Assembly: GCA_040757555.1 (NCBI GenBank)
Contig: JBFLWN010000001.1
Span: 53,128-117,127 of the forward strand
DNA: 64,000 bases
DNA from: Patescibacteria group bacterium
GTDB lineage: Bacteria; Patescibacteriota; Minisyncoccia; UBA6257; GWB1-50-10
Reading direction: 5' to 3'
Shown here: positions 19,077 through 29,024 of the stretch, piece by piece
Layout of the letters: every line of letters begins with the position of its first letter
How positions within the stretch are numbered: the first letter of the stretch is position 1
The notes under the pieces: model-generated
The model's database searches: none
Seen by the model: only the letters and a program-made list of their open reading frames with translations
What the model was told of the DNA's origin: nothing
Program-made: the position numbers and the translations under genes

Positions 19077-20828
19077 TTAATCGTCCGATGTCTCGCGAAG
19101 TATATCCTCAAGTCCCACCAATCCCTCAAGCGCCTTCAAGATACCGTCCTGGCGAAGGGTGAGCATTCCTTGTCGTATCGCTTCCTCCCATAGTTTTGCT
19201 TCAGTAAATCCTCCCGCCACAATTGCCCCAAGTTGCTTTGTCATTTCAAATATTTCGAATAATGCGACACGCCCCGAAATTCCCTTTCCTTTACACACCT
19301 TGCATTCCGGATTTGGCTCTATTTTCCATGCTTGTCCAGGTTTTGCGCCATATTTTTGTTTTACTTCTGCTTTTAATTTCTCCGGTAATTTATCTATCTC
19401 ATTTTGCACCTCCTTTTTTAACTCATCCGATAATTCAATTTGTTTCTTACATTCACTACATAACCGTCCTACAAGACGTTGTGCAAGCATCACATTTAAC
19501 GCAGAGGGAAGAAGAAATTGTGGAACTCCCAAATCAATAAGACGTGGAATAACCCCCACTGAATTATTTGTATGAATTGTTGAAAGCATGCGATGTCCTG
19601 TGAGCGCCGCATTCACCGCAAGTGCTGCTGTTTCTGAATCTCTGATTTCTCCCACCATAATTACATCGGGATCCTGGCGGAGAATCTGACGCAATCCAGA
19701 AGCAAATGTATATCCAATTTCCGGTTTCACTTGTGACTGGTTAATTCCATTCATAAAATATTCCACAGGATCTTCAAGGGTTACCACATTAATTCCTTCG
19801 GAATTTACTGTCTGCATAATTGCATAGAGCGTTGTACTCTTCCCTGATCCCGTAGGACCCGAAATGAGAATCATTCCGAATGGCGCATTTATTGCACGCT
19901 CAAGTATCGCAAGATTATAATCGTTTAATCCAATTTCTTTTAATCCTTTCAATCCCGTCACTGAATCAAGAACACGGAGTGCAACCTTTTCTCCCGCTGG
20001 AGTTGGAAATGTCGCTACACGAAAATCAATTTCTCTCCCACTAATCATTGTTCGAAATCTTCCATCTTGTGGAACACGCGTCTCATCAAGTTTCAAATTT
20101 GAAAGCACTTTAATACGGGAAATAACTGGCTGACTCAATACCGCAGGGAGTGTCGCCACTTCTTTTAGTTCTCCATCTAATCGAAATCGAATACGAAGAT
20201 ATTTTCTCTGTGGCTCAACATGAATATCAGACGACCCACTTTCAATCGCGTGTCGGAGTGTTGCGGCAACAATTTTAATGATTGGTGCATCCTCTGATGA
20301 TCGCGCACCTTCTTCAAGCATGACAAGACGATTTTCATCACCGGTATCTTTTCGTAAATTCATTTCCTTCACCGCAGATTCTACTTCATCCCGATAGGGC
20401 ACATACCGCCTCCATACAAGAGAAAGATCTGTCGGAGTAACTACATACACTCCCAAACTTACCCGCTCCCGTTTCGCAATAAAACGCAACGCCTCTTGCG
20501 CCCGCACGTCATCAGGACGAAGCATTCCGACCACCAACATACCATCTCTTTTTTCAACGGGAATAATTCGATAGTTTTGTGATGTATCTTTTGGGATAAT
20601 TTGTAATAATTCGGTAGAAATTGAAGTGGGATCAATTTTTTTATAGGGCGCACCAAAGAGTGCGCTTTTTACTTTTGCTACCGCAATCTCATCGGCAACT
20701 CTGCGCTCGTACAATAATTCTTCTGCCGAGGACGCCGAAAGCGTTGCTTCCTTCATTATCTGATCGGAAACACTTTGCGAAATAACTTTTTTGTCTACGA
20801 GTTCTTTAAATAGTTCTTGATCGGTCAT
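19077..20828 (-). CDS. pilB: Type IV pilus assembly ATPase PilB (GspE family)
   Basis: Walker A 'GPTGSGKSTT', tetracysteine motif, N-terminal GSPII domain. Confidence 0.85.
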   Translation of the reverse strand: MTDQELFKELVDKKVISQSVSDQIMKEATLSASSAEELLYERRVADEIAVAKVKSALFGAPYKKIDPTSISTELLQIIPKDTSQNYRIIPVEKRDGMLVVGMLRPDDVRAQEALRFIAKRERVSLGVYVVTPTDLSLVWRRYVPYRDEVESAVKEMNLRKDTGDENRLVMLEEGARSSEDAPIIKIVAATLRHAIESGSSDIHVEPQRKYLRIRFRLDGELKEVATLPAVLSQPVISRIKVLSNLKLDETRVPQDGRFRTMISGREIDFRVATFPTPAGEKVALRVLDSVTGLKGLKEIGLNDYNLAILERAINAPFGMILISGPTGSGKSTTLYAIMQTVNSEGINVVTLEDPVEYFMNGINQSQVKPEIGYTFASGLRQILRQDPDVIMVGEIRDSETAALAVNAALTGHRMLSTIHTNNSVGVIPRLIDLGVPQFLLPSALNVMLAQRLVGRLCSECKKQIELSDELKKEVQNEIDKLPEKLKAEVKQKYGAKPGQAWKIEPNPECKVCKGKGISGRVALFEIFEMTKQLGAIVAGGFTEAKLWEEAIRQGMLTLRQDGILKALEGLVGLEDILRETSDD

Positions 20829-20899
20829 ATAAAATAAAATATGTCACTACTTCGATGGAGAGCGATAGAAAAGAGAAAAAATGAGACCCGCCTCTCCAT

Positions 20900-21193
20900 T
20901 TAGAACGGCTTAAACGGATTTTCTCTTCCAGGTATCTGCGTCGAAGTAGTACTTGATCCATATTGGCGAAGCGATTTAAACGAAGGTGAATTTACTACAT
21001 CTTCTGGTTTAAACGAGATCTTTGAAAGTTTATTTATCTGGTCGAGTTTTCCAGGGGTTGCCATTTCGATCACGTCGGGTCTCTTAAAAAATAAAAAGTA
21101 TGCACCGGAAAATACCACCACCACAATGACAAGTACTACCACCACCATAAACCAATTTACCGATTTTTTTTCTTCCTCAACGATAATAGCCAT
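20900..21193 (-). CDS. Hypothetical small membrane protein in pilus operon
   Basis: Single TM, ORF only. Confidence 0.4.
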   Translation of the reverse strand: MAIIVEEEKKSVNWFMVVVVLVIVVVVFSGAYFLFFKRPDVIEMATPGKLDQINKLSKISFKPEDVVNSPSFKSLRQYGSSTTSTQIPGRENPFKPF

Positions 21194-21196
21194 AAT

Positions 21197-21760
21197 TTAT
21201 TGGTAAAAAATATCGACGCCTAGATTTAATTCATAAAATTCTTCCGACCCTTGTAAGTCTTTTGCGGGAGCAAGTGATACGGTTTTTGTATTTGCCACAC
21301 GCACATTTGTTTCAAGACCCCTCAGAAACCCCTTTACTCCCTGGTACGTTCCTTTTACCCCAATATCAAGTGAAAGTGTGTTGAGACTTTGTACTAGTAA
21401 CCCCTGGGAAGCAAGAGGAGGGTTTTGTTTTATAGAAAATTTTATAAATTGCACCTGATTATTTCTCGCGATTGCTTGCAACTGACCGAGGGCATTTGTT
21501 ACCCCTGGATGTTCTGGTATTGCGAGAGATACAGTTTCTTTAAATTTATTTGCATTTTGAAATGTCGAAATAACTTGTTCCACCTGACTCACCGCAATCT
21601 GCTGAGATTCAAATAATGTTTGTTTTGCGTTTACCTTTGATCTCTTCTCCTGAATAGCATCCATTTCCGGAGTAATAAAATTCCCATATACCGCAAGCGC
21701 CGCGATAAAAAATATAGCAGAAAACCCAATACTTAAAATTCTTTTTGTTGATCCTTTCAT
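21197..21760 (-). CDS. pilO: PilO-like pilus assembly protein
   Basis: N-terminal TM + coiled coil, position after pilN. Confidence 0.55.
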   Translation of the reverse strand: MKGSTKRILSIGFSAIFFIAALAVYGNFITPEMDAIQEKRSKVNAKQTLFESQQIAVSQVEQVISTFQNANKFKETVSLAIPEHPGVTNALGQLQAIARNNQVQFIKFSIKQNPPLASQGLLVQSLNTLSLDIGVKGTYQGVKGFLRGLETNVRVANTKTVSLAPAKDLQGSEEFYELNLGVDIFYQ

Positions 21761-21762
21761 AA

Positions 21763-22326
21763 TTATAATTTTGAAAGCGCATCTGCTTTCGGAGAAAGAA
21801 TAATAGTGAATCCGACTCCTTGGGGAACAAAATTCATCTGTTGTAGTACCGAACCCGAAAATTCCGTAGACTTATCGAATACCCCGAGTTGTTCCACTAA
21901 ATCCTCTGTGCTTCTTGCAACACCTGATAACTGTACCTTATTTGTTTCGATATTTATTGATGCACCATTAAAATACACAGATGGAATTGTATATTTTTCG
22001 AGTAAATCAAATACTCGAACGCTGAACCTGTGTTTTCCTAATACATCCTTCAGGTTATTTAGTTGAGAGTAAAAAGAGATAAGTGTCTTCTGTTGATCCT
22101 GACTTATTTTTGTCGCAAGATCATCAATTTTTTGATCCAAACTCTTATCCTTACTATCAATATACGAATTATATCCAAACTTTAATCCCAAAAAGATAAA
22201 AAGAGAAAATACAAACAAAATCCCGGCAAACAATAATATGCGCCACGGCAATCCAATTGATGTTGGGGTATATGTTGATTCTTCAGAAAAGTTATTTTTA
22301 AGATTTGGAGAGATATTGCTTGTCAT
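21763..22326 (-). CDS. pilN: PilN-like pilus assembly protein
   Basis: N-terminal TM + coiled coil, immediately after pilM. Confidence 0.55.
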   Translation of the reverse strand: MTSNISPNLKNNFSEESTYTPTSIGLPWRILLFAGILFVFSLFIFLGLKFGYNSYIDSKDKSLDQKIDDLATKISQDQQKTLISFYSQLNNLKDVLGKHRFSVRVFDLLEKYTIPSVYFNGASINIETNKVQLSGVARSTEDLVEQLGVFDKSTEFSGSVLQQMNFVPQGVGFTIILSPKADALSKL

Positions 22327-22329
22327 GTG

Positions 22330-23430
22330 TTATAAAAAGTAACGCTTTGCAAGCCCGAAACTCACTACGAATTCATTATCAAGGTTTTTCTCAATAGGAT
22401 GGAGTGTGTCGGGATACTGAATTCCCATAAGTAATGACTGATGAGCGATAGTGAGTCCTATTTGATTTGAAAAATACTTCTCAATACCAATAAGGTTTGC
22501 GCCACCTCCGATAAGCATTATTTTTTCTACCTTTTTTGCATACCGACGCTCATACACATCCTTGGCGTGCCTTACTTCTTGTATTATAACATCTAAAAAC
22601 GGAAGGAGTAGTGTTGATAACTCCGAATCAACCCCTTCCCCAGAAAGTCCCTTTCTTCGCTTCAATTCTTCAGCACGAACCATACTCACATCAAGACTCT
22701 TCGCAATAGCCTGGGTGAGATAAATTCCACTATAATCGGTCTGACTCGCATCGCGAATTAGTTTCTTATCCAGCACCATAATATTCGTCGATTGGGCCCC
22801 GATATCAACAACAAGGGTGGGAACATCCGTAAGAAATTTATCGAGTGCGCGTACGATAGCAAACACATCTACCTCCATAGAAACAAGTTTAAGTCCCGCA
22901 TCTTTATGTATTTTTTTGTATTTTATAATAACGTCATTCGGAATACCGATGAGAAGGATACGTTGATATCTTTGTCCATTATCAGCATCAAACTCTTCTA
23001 TCACAAACCATTCAACCGACACCTGGTCGAGTGGCATAGGAATATACTGTTGTGCTTGAAACATCACTACTTTATGAGTTTCTTCCTTTGAAAATTTTGG
23101 CATTTCAAAAACGGTTACAAATGTCGCAAAAAGCGGAATTGAAGTAATTGCGAGATGTGAGCGCGTTTTCATTTCCGAAAGGAGTGTTTTCAATAAATGC
23201 GTCGCATCCTTCTCTATAATACGCAGTGAACTTGTTTGTATCGCCTGGTTTGGGTAATCAAGATATTTCTTTGTTTCCAATATCCCGTAATTCGACAATA
23301 CGAAAGAATCTCCCCGTTTTGAAAGTTCTACTACTTTTATGGATGCAGTTCCTATGTCGGTTCCCAACACCCTTCCTCCTTTGAAGAAATTTTGTATATC
23401 TGTGATAAAATCAAAAATACCAAGCCTCAT
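22330..23430 (-). CDS. pilM: Type IV pilus assembly protein PilM (actin-like ATPase fold)
   Basis: Actin/HSP70-like fold motifs 'DIGTASIKVV', 'VVDIGAQSTN'. Confidence 0.8.
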   Translation of the reverse strand: MRLGIFDFITDIQNFFKGGRVLGTDIGTASIKVVELSKRGDSFVLSNYGILETKKYLDYPNQAIQTSSLRIIEKDATHLLKTLLSEMKTRSHLAITSIPLFATFVTVFEMPKFSKEETHKVVMFQAQQYIPMPLDQVSVEWFVIEEFDADNGQRYQRILLIGIPNDVIIKYKKIHKDAGLKLVSMEVDVFAIVRALDKFLTDVPTLVVDIGAQSTNIMVLDKKLIRDASQTDYSGIYLTQAIAKSLDVSMVRAEELKRRKGLSGEGVDSELSTLLLPFLDVIIQEVRHAKDVYERRYAKKVEKIMLIGGGANLIGIEKYFSNQIGLTIAHQSLLMGIQYPDTLHPIEKNLDNEFVVSFGLAKRYFL

Positions 23431-23475
23431 ATCTTTATTTTATCATAGGTAAGAAAAAACCGTTAAGACACAACT

Positions 23476-24204
23476 ATGGACGGGTTTCTAAAAACTTTTT
23501 ATTCGATGATATTTCCTCCTGTGTGTGTTTCATGCACACGGAGGATAAAAAACGAAGAGATAGTACTCTGTGTTCCCTGCACAAAAAGTATTATTCTTTA
23601 TGATTCTTTATTCTGTCCCGTGTGTAGCGCGCGAATTCCTCCAGGAGAAAAAATTTGTCATCCTAATGCTGGATATACCCTCGCTGCCGCAACATCATAT
23701 GAACAAAAAACAGTACGCGACCTTGTGCACGCATTAAAATACGACGAAACAAAAGAAGGAGCGATACTTATTGCTCATATCATATTCGAATATTTAAAAC
23801 GCGCACTTCCCCTCTCGTTACTCAATTTTTCTGATTATCTCATCATTCCTATCCCCCTTCACAGAAAAAGAGAGAGGGCACGCGGATACAATCAATCATT
23901 TCTTATTGCGCAAGAATTAAAAAAAATTTTTGAGGCACATGGAATGATGTCTCCGAACATATATAAAAATATACTCATCCGAGATGCTCATACACTCTCC
24001 CAAACAGAGTGTCATAACATACAAGAAAGAAGAAAAAATGTTTTGGGATGTTTTTCTATCTCTAATAAAGAACTTATTGAACAAAAAAATATTATTTTGA
24101 TTGACGATGTACACACAACGGGCGCAACTATCGGGGAAGCAACGCGAGTGTTAAAACAATGTGGTGCAAAACATATTTTTGCGCTTACATTTGCAAAAAC
24201 ATAG
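23476..24204 (+). CDS. comF: ComF family phosphoribosyltransferase (competence)
   Basis: N-terminal double CxxC zinc finger; PRTase motif 'ILIDDVHTTGATI'. Confidence 0.8.
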   Translation: MDGFLKTFYSMIFPPVCVSCTRRIKNEEIVLCVPCTKSIILYDSLFCPVCSARIPPGEKICHPNAGYTLAAATSYEQKTVRDLVHALKYDETKEGAILIAHIIFEYLKRALPLSLLNFSDYLIIPIPLHRKRERARGYNQSFLIAQELKKIFEAHGMMSPNIYKNILIRDAHTLSQTECHNIQERRKNVLGCFSISNKELIEQKNIILIDDVHTTGATIGEATRVLKQCGAKHIFALTFAKT

Positions 24205-24282
24205 AAATAAAAAATCAAAAAAAAACAAAAGGCCTATAAAGAAATGTATCTTATAGGCCTTCTTACTTTATAAACTAATTAC

Positions 24283-27200
24283 CTATCTTTCTTGGAACGA
24301 CTGCCCATATCTTCCCACTTCCTTACAATCGATATTTGAACTACATTGTTGCTCGGTATTTTCCATCTTCACTTTTGCATTTGGATCATTTGAAGAATTA
24401 TACGAGTTCACCGAAAAATCACAGTAACTATTTCTCGTACACACCCCTCTCTTCGCTACCGATCCACCACTATTGTCTCGTAATGTTTTTGTCGCCCCGG
24501 AATTACTCCACTCTGTTATTCTATTCGATCCATCTTCATAAATGACGCGCACACGGTAGAGATACACAGTGTCCACCTCAAGATTTTTATCAACGTAGAC
24601 CGGCGCAGTAGTGGTTGCAACTGATTTGAAATATATATCAAGAGGATTTCCCGCCGATTGCCCCTCAGCTACTTTTGCGTTTTCTTGCGCGAGTTTTATC
24701 GCCGCCTCTTCCGCTTGTTTCATCATTTCGGAAAATAGCGAAGTAATGTTTCCCCATCCTTCTTCAAATCCTTTTACAATACGTGAAAGACTTGCCGAAA
24801 GTGTCGACACTCTTTCTTGACTATGATCGACAAATAATCCTTTCCACATATACTTCGCGTTACTCCACAAATCAGCAAAGAACGATCCTTTGTATACAAT
24901 CGGTGGAGTGCTTGTACTTTTTAGTTCAAATGTCGCACTCACATTTGCATCTCGAGAGGGCATAGTGAACGAACACGATGGATTTGTTCCACTGCAATCT
25001 CCCCACCATGATTTAAATACCGTACTTGTTGATCCGGGGGTTGCTACCAATGAAACTGATGAACCCTCTTCAATTGAAGTGCTACACTGGCTCTTTCCGT
25101 TTCCACAATTAATACCCGAACCCGAAATATTTCCATTTCCGGTAACAAATGCAGAAAGGGTAAACACGATTTGTCTGAAGTTTCCTGTCACACTTGAATT
25201 CCCTGGACCAAATGTGCATGAAGTTCGTTTATTACAGTTTGGATCATAAGGACTACAAATACATGAAACACCAGTCCATCCGGTAAACGTATAATCTGAA
25301 TCTGCGGTTGCCGAAACAGTTACCGTATTTGGATTTGTGGTCCATGGGAAAAATGCAGTACAACTTCCCGGACAACTCGCCAAATCACCGGAACCCGTTA
25401 CACTCCCTCCTCCACTTGTCGCAAGATCAACTTGGTAGTAAGTATCAGTATTTGTGTATGTCGAGTCTGAATATACTCGTGCAATTCCATTTCCCCCGTT
25501 TTCTGCGGGAATCACATAATATCCTCTTATTTCATATGAATAGTTTGTTCCCGGACTCAATGCGGAATTATTTTTATTATTTGAAGACGGGGTATCAACA
25601 TGGGTAAGCGTTGCGGTTGCATTACTGTTGTAACTCTGCTCATGAATAAGTATTCCCTCTCTCCAAATCTGATATCCACTCTCACGTTTTGAATTATCAT
25701 TCCATCGAAGCGTGATACTATGCACTCCGGTCGATTTACTATATGCAGCAGTAGAGGTAGCGCGTGTTGGTGTCATTGGGGGTGTGGTGGTCGCAACCGC
25801 AGGAGTTCCCCCTCCATTTAAGTTCGGTGGCACCATTGCAAGTTCTGGGGACGGCGCATATTTTCCACACACTGGATTTGGTCTGTCCACTTTTCCCGCA
25901 ATAAGATCTGGCGGTTCTTTTGTATATGACTCATCGAGTGTTGAATCTTTATATGTTGAACATGCCTTCACGCGATAATAATACGTGGTCGCGTCTTGGA
26001 GCCCTCCATCAAAATATGAATATGTCTTTAACCCGTCCGACGGAGAAGTACTTCCTGTGGACTCGAGTTTTATCATTGCCTTATCATTCCCCGCGTCATT
26101 CGGTGGAAGATTATTTAAAAATCTATTTGAGGTACTTGTGCTCCGTTCAATCCAATTGAAGTAGGGAGTTGAAGTGGTTCTGTTTTTCCATTCGAGATTA
26201 ATACTTGAATCAGTGGCGCCCAACACTTTTATATCGGTGCTTGATGCGGGGGTAAGTTTTATCCGTTGTACGCTAAATTTATACGGCTTTGTGGTGGTGG
26301 TATTGTCTTTCCAGTTTACATAAATCGTCGAGGCATCAACCCCAAACGCTTTTAATTTACTGGGAGTGTCGTTTAGTTGTGGTGCGGTAATAAATCCACA
26401 ATTACTCACCTGTGTCGATGTTGAATAACCGTCTGAAGTATATTTTACGGTAAGTACATAAGTATATTTTGTGCTTGTCGAAAGTCCCCTATCCAAATAA
26501 CTCCCCGGAATGTCCGACATGGAAGAAATTGTTTTATTCGCAGCAGGAAGTGCTGTGCCATTTCGGGTAATTGAAATAGTGTGTGGCGCATATCCGGTAT
26601 ATCCCCCTTCGTGTCCGGTATCAACGGGAGCTTTTGACCAATTATAGGTGAGTACCATTGTTGATGTGCCATTTGCATCGCAATTTATCACATAGGGAAA
26701 TTTCACCGTTGTGGTCGCTCTCCCCGTTTCGTTTGATGCGGTCGAACTTGCTTTCACGGTAAATGGCCCACCGGAGTTCGGTGCTTGATATGTTGTCTTC
26801 GCTTTTGCCACAGTATTTTGTGGTGACACACTCCCCACTGTACCAATACTTCCTCCCAAAATATTATTCACAAACCATGTTGCACTTTTTTCAACGGAAA
26901 AATCTTGTTTTTCTTTTGGAAATAGGGTCACGGGACCCGCAGGAGTTAATCCAAACGATGAAACAGGAGCGGTGAATCCAAACATAATCCACCCGCCGAT
27001 TGAGGGTCCTCCCCACGCAGTTCCATTTACCTCAACTTGATTATTATTTATTGATCCATCCCAAACACAATTCTCTCCGGTAATAAGCACTACCGTCCCA
27101 TCTGAAGTATCAATAGTATATTTTCGTTCTCCCGTTCTTCCAAGACATAATCCATATTTCACATTATTATCAGTATTTCTTAAACTCACCCATCCATCCC

Positions 27201-27690
27201 ATGAACCCACCGAAGAACCAACGGGACATCCCCCCGCAACACAAATAAATCTCGCCCATCCACTTATCTTTCCTGTGTCATAATCAAGTGTTGCCTTACA
27301 ATTTTGAGGTTTTGTATCTCTTTCTGGACAATCCCCGAGATCACTATTATTAAACGAAAGCCATCCATATGAATCTTTCCCCGTTTTTGGATCTTTTATT
27401 GAGGCCCATCCCTGTCCTTCAAGTGTTGTTTTATTTTTTACACTGACTTTAAATGACGCGCCACTTGGTTGCCCTGTTGGATTTTCGGAATTCAACACTA
27501 TCCATCCAAGCCCTTTATTGTCCTGTGCGCTCCATCCGATTCCATATAAATCAAAATTAGCGTTATCCGCATAAATTTTCACCGCCCCAATCACCCCAAT
27601 AAAAAATATCGCGGCAATCAAAACAGAAAAGAGAGACTTCTTTTTTATCCCGTTAGAAAATAACAAAAAATGTTTTTTATGTAGCATCAT
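24283..27690 (-). CDS. Large secreted/surface protein with Thr/Ser-rich FN3/Ig-like repeats
   Basis: N-terminal TM/signal; repeated W-x-D/N-N-T-T modules; 1135 aa. Confidence 0.55.
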   Translation of the reverse strand: MMLHKKHFLLFSNGIKKKSLFSVLIAAIFFIGVIGAVKIYADNANFDLYGIGWSAQDNKGLGWIVLNSENPTGQPSGASFKVSVKNKTTLEGQGWASIKDPKTGKDSYGWLSFNNSDLGDCPERDTKPQNCKATLDYDTGKISGWARFICVAGGCPVGSSVGSWDGWVSLRNTDNNVKYGLCLGRTGERKYTIDTSDGTVVLITGENCVWDGSINNNQVEVNGTAWGGPSIGGWIMFGFTAPVSSFGLTPAGPVTLFPKEKQDFSVEKSATWFVNNILGGSIGTVGSVSPQNTVAKAKTTYQAPNSGGPFTVKASSTASNETGRATTTVKFPYVINCDANGTSTMVLTYNWSKAPVDTGHEGGYTGYAPHTISITRNGTALPAANKTISSMSDIPGSYLDRGLSTSTKYTYVLTVKYTSDGYSTSTQVSNCGFITAPQLNDTPSKLKAFGVDASTIYVNWKDNTTTTKPYKFSVQRIKLTPASSTDIKVLGATDSSINLEWKNRTTSTPYFNWIERSTSTSNRFLNNLPPNDAGNDKAMIKLESTGSTSPSDGLKTYSYFDGGLQDATTYYYRVKACSTYKDSTLDESYTKEPPDLIAGKVDRPNPVCGKYAPSPELAMVPPNLNGGGTPAVATTTPPMTPTRATSTAAYSKSTGVHSITLRWNDNSKRESGYQIWREGILIHEQSYNSNATATLTHVDTPSSNNKNNSALSPGTNYSYEIRGYYVIPAENGGNGIARVYSDSTYTNTDTYYQVDLATSGGGSVTGSGDLASCPGSCTAFFPWTTNPNTVTVSATADSDYTFTGWTGVSCICSPYDPNCNKRTSCTFGPGNSSVTGNFRQIVFTLSAFVTGNGNISGSGINCGNGKSQCSTSIEEGSSVSLVATPGSTSTVFKSWWGDCSGTNPSCSFTMPSRDANVSATFELKSTSTPPIVYKGSFFADLWSNAKYMWKGLFVDHSQERVSTLSASLSRIVKGFEEGWGNITSLFSEMMKQAEEAAIKLAQENAKVAEGQSAGNPLDIYFKSVATTTAPVYVDKNLEVDTVYLYRVRVIYEDGSNRITEWSNSGATKTLRDNSGGSVAKRGVCTRNSYCDFSVNSYNSSNDPNAKVKMENTEQQCSSNIDCKEVGRYGQSFQER

Positions 27691-27841
27691 TTATTTTAGA
27701 AGGTATATTAATCTATCCCCTTCACATACCCGTTATTTTCTAACGGGACGAGTTGTTTTTATTATAGCAAATCAACTGACGACTAGTAATAAGTAATTAA
27801 TAACAACAAACAAAAAGAGCCTTACTTTTTACAAGGCTCTT

Positions 27842-28735
27842 TTATTTTACTAATAGCATTTTTTTTGTTTCCGAGAAGTTTCCTGCTTGGAGAACATAAA
27901 AGTATGTACCACTGGAGAGTTGTGATCCATTGAATTGGATCTCATACTCACCAGGAATTTTTTCTTCGTTCACGAGAACAGCCACCTCTCTGCCAAGTAT
28001 GTCATATACCGCAAGTCTTACGTTTGTAATACTTGATACTTCATACTTAATACTTGTTGTGGGGTTGAACGGATTGGGATAGTTCTGGAATAATTTGAAG
28101 GAGTTTGGAATGACTGGTTCGTCCTCAACGCCAACAATCGTGGTGTCCTCAAAATTATCAATTGGATAGGGAACTACCGAAGCGTCGTCTGTCCAACCAT
28201 ACCTATCAAACAAAACAACTATGTCCTCCTCATCAAAAAATTCAAAAGTAAACATAACCTTTTTAATTTTTTGAGTTCCAAGATTTTCAAACGGGCCACC
28301 AACGGGAATAGGATACCATACTGTATATGCCCACCCAGGAATAAATATTCCACCAGCAGAAACAACATCAGAAGACTCCATCACAAAGGAAACATACACA
28401 TGAAAAAATGAATTATTGGGAAAAGTACTTCCAAATTTTTCAAGATACACCCACATTATTGTCGCCTTACTAGGAATATTTTGAATTGGAGTGGTAAGTG
28501 TTTTTTCAAATTTCACCTGTCCGCCATATCCATTCTTTTTGAAGATAAATTTTTGGGATTTTTTAGAATCAGTTCCGATAACGTTGTTTGATATCTCAGA
28601 ATATGCAACTTTAATATTAGAACTTTTTTCTTTCACTCCCCATCCATTCACCGTTCTATTTGTATCAATCTGTCCACTCAAAACGAGTGGGACGAAGAAA
28701 ATAATAACTGCAAGAAAAAGCATCAACTTTTTCAT
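27842..28735 (-). CDS. Secreted protein with T9SS-type (Por_Secre_tail-like) C-terminal sorting domain
   Basis: Signal peptide; C-terminal 'FKLFQNYPNPFNPTTSIKY...VYDILGREVAVLVN...SSGTYFYVLQAG'. Confidence 0.65.
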   Translation of the reverse strand: MKKLMLFLAVIIFFVPLVLSGQIDTNRTVNGWGVKEKSSNIKVAYSEISNNVIGTDSKKSQKFIFKKNGYGGQVKFEKTLTTPIQNIPSKATIMWVYLEKFGSTFPNNSFFHVYVSFVMESSDVVSAGGIFIPGWAYTVWYPIPVGGPFENLGTQKIKKVMFTFEFFDEEDIVVLFDRYGWTDDASVVPYPIDNFEDTTIVGVEDEPVIPNSFKLFQNYPNPFNPTTSIKYEVSSITNVRLAVYDILGREVAVLVNEEKIPGEYEIQFNGSQLSSGTYFYVLQAGNFSETKKMLLVK

Positions 28736-28785
28736 TTTCCACCTCGTTTTTGTTGTTATTAATTGAATTGGGTATCCAATTCTTT

Positions 28786-28814
28786 ACTGTTTGTATTATA
28801 GCACACTCCCCTAG
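28786..28814 (-). promoter_or_regulatory. Sigma-70-type promoter (-35 TTGATT, 17-bp spacer, extended -10 TGCTATAAT); copy 1 of ~115-bp module
   Basis: Read directly; identical module at 32283-32395 and inverted at 30537-30610. Confidence 0.6.
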
Positions 28815-29024
28815 AAAAATCAAGTTTTACCACATCTTGTCAAGTCCTGTTGTTACCAATTACTAGTCACGAGTTACCAGTTGATTGAATATAACACAAT
28901 TAAACCGAACGATATGCTTATATTATCTCTAAATCAAGTTTACGAAGTCCGACTTCGTAAAATTTGGGACGAAAAAACCACACACCAAAAACCCCCGCCG
29001 AAGCGAGGGGTTTTTAATTTTATT

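Noticed and set aside
24336-26975. Multiple 60-120-aa plus-strand ORFs inside the 1135-aa surface-protein gene
   Set aside because: Antisense shadows of a long, Thr/Ser/Gly-rich ORF.
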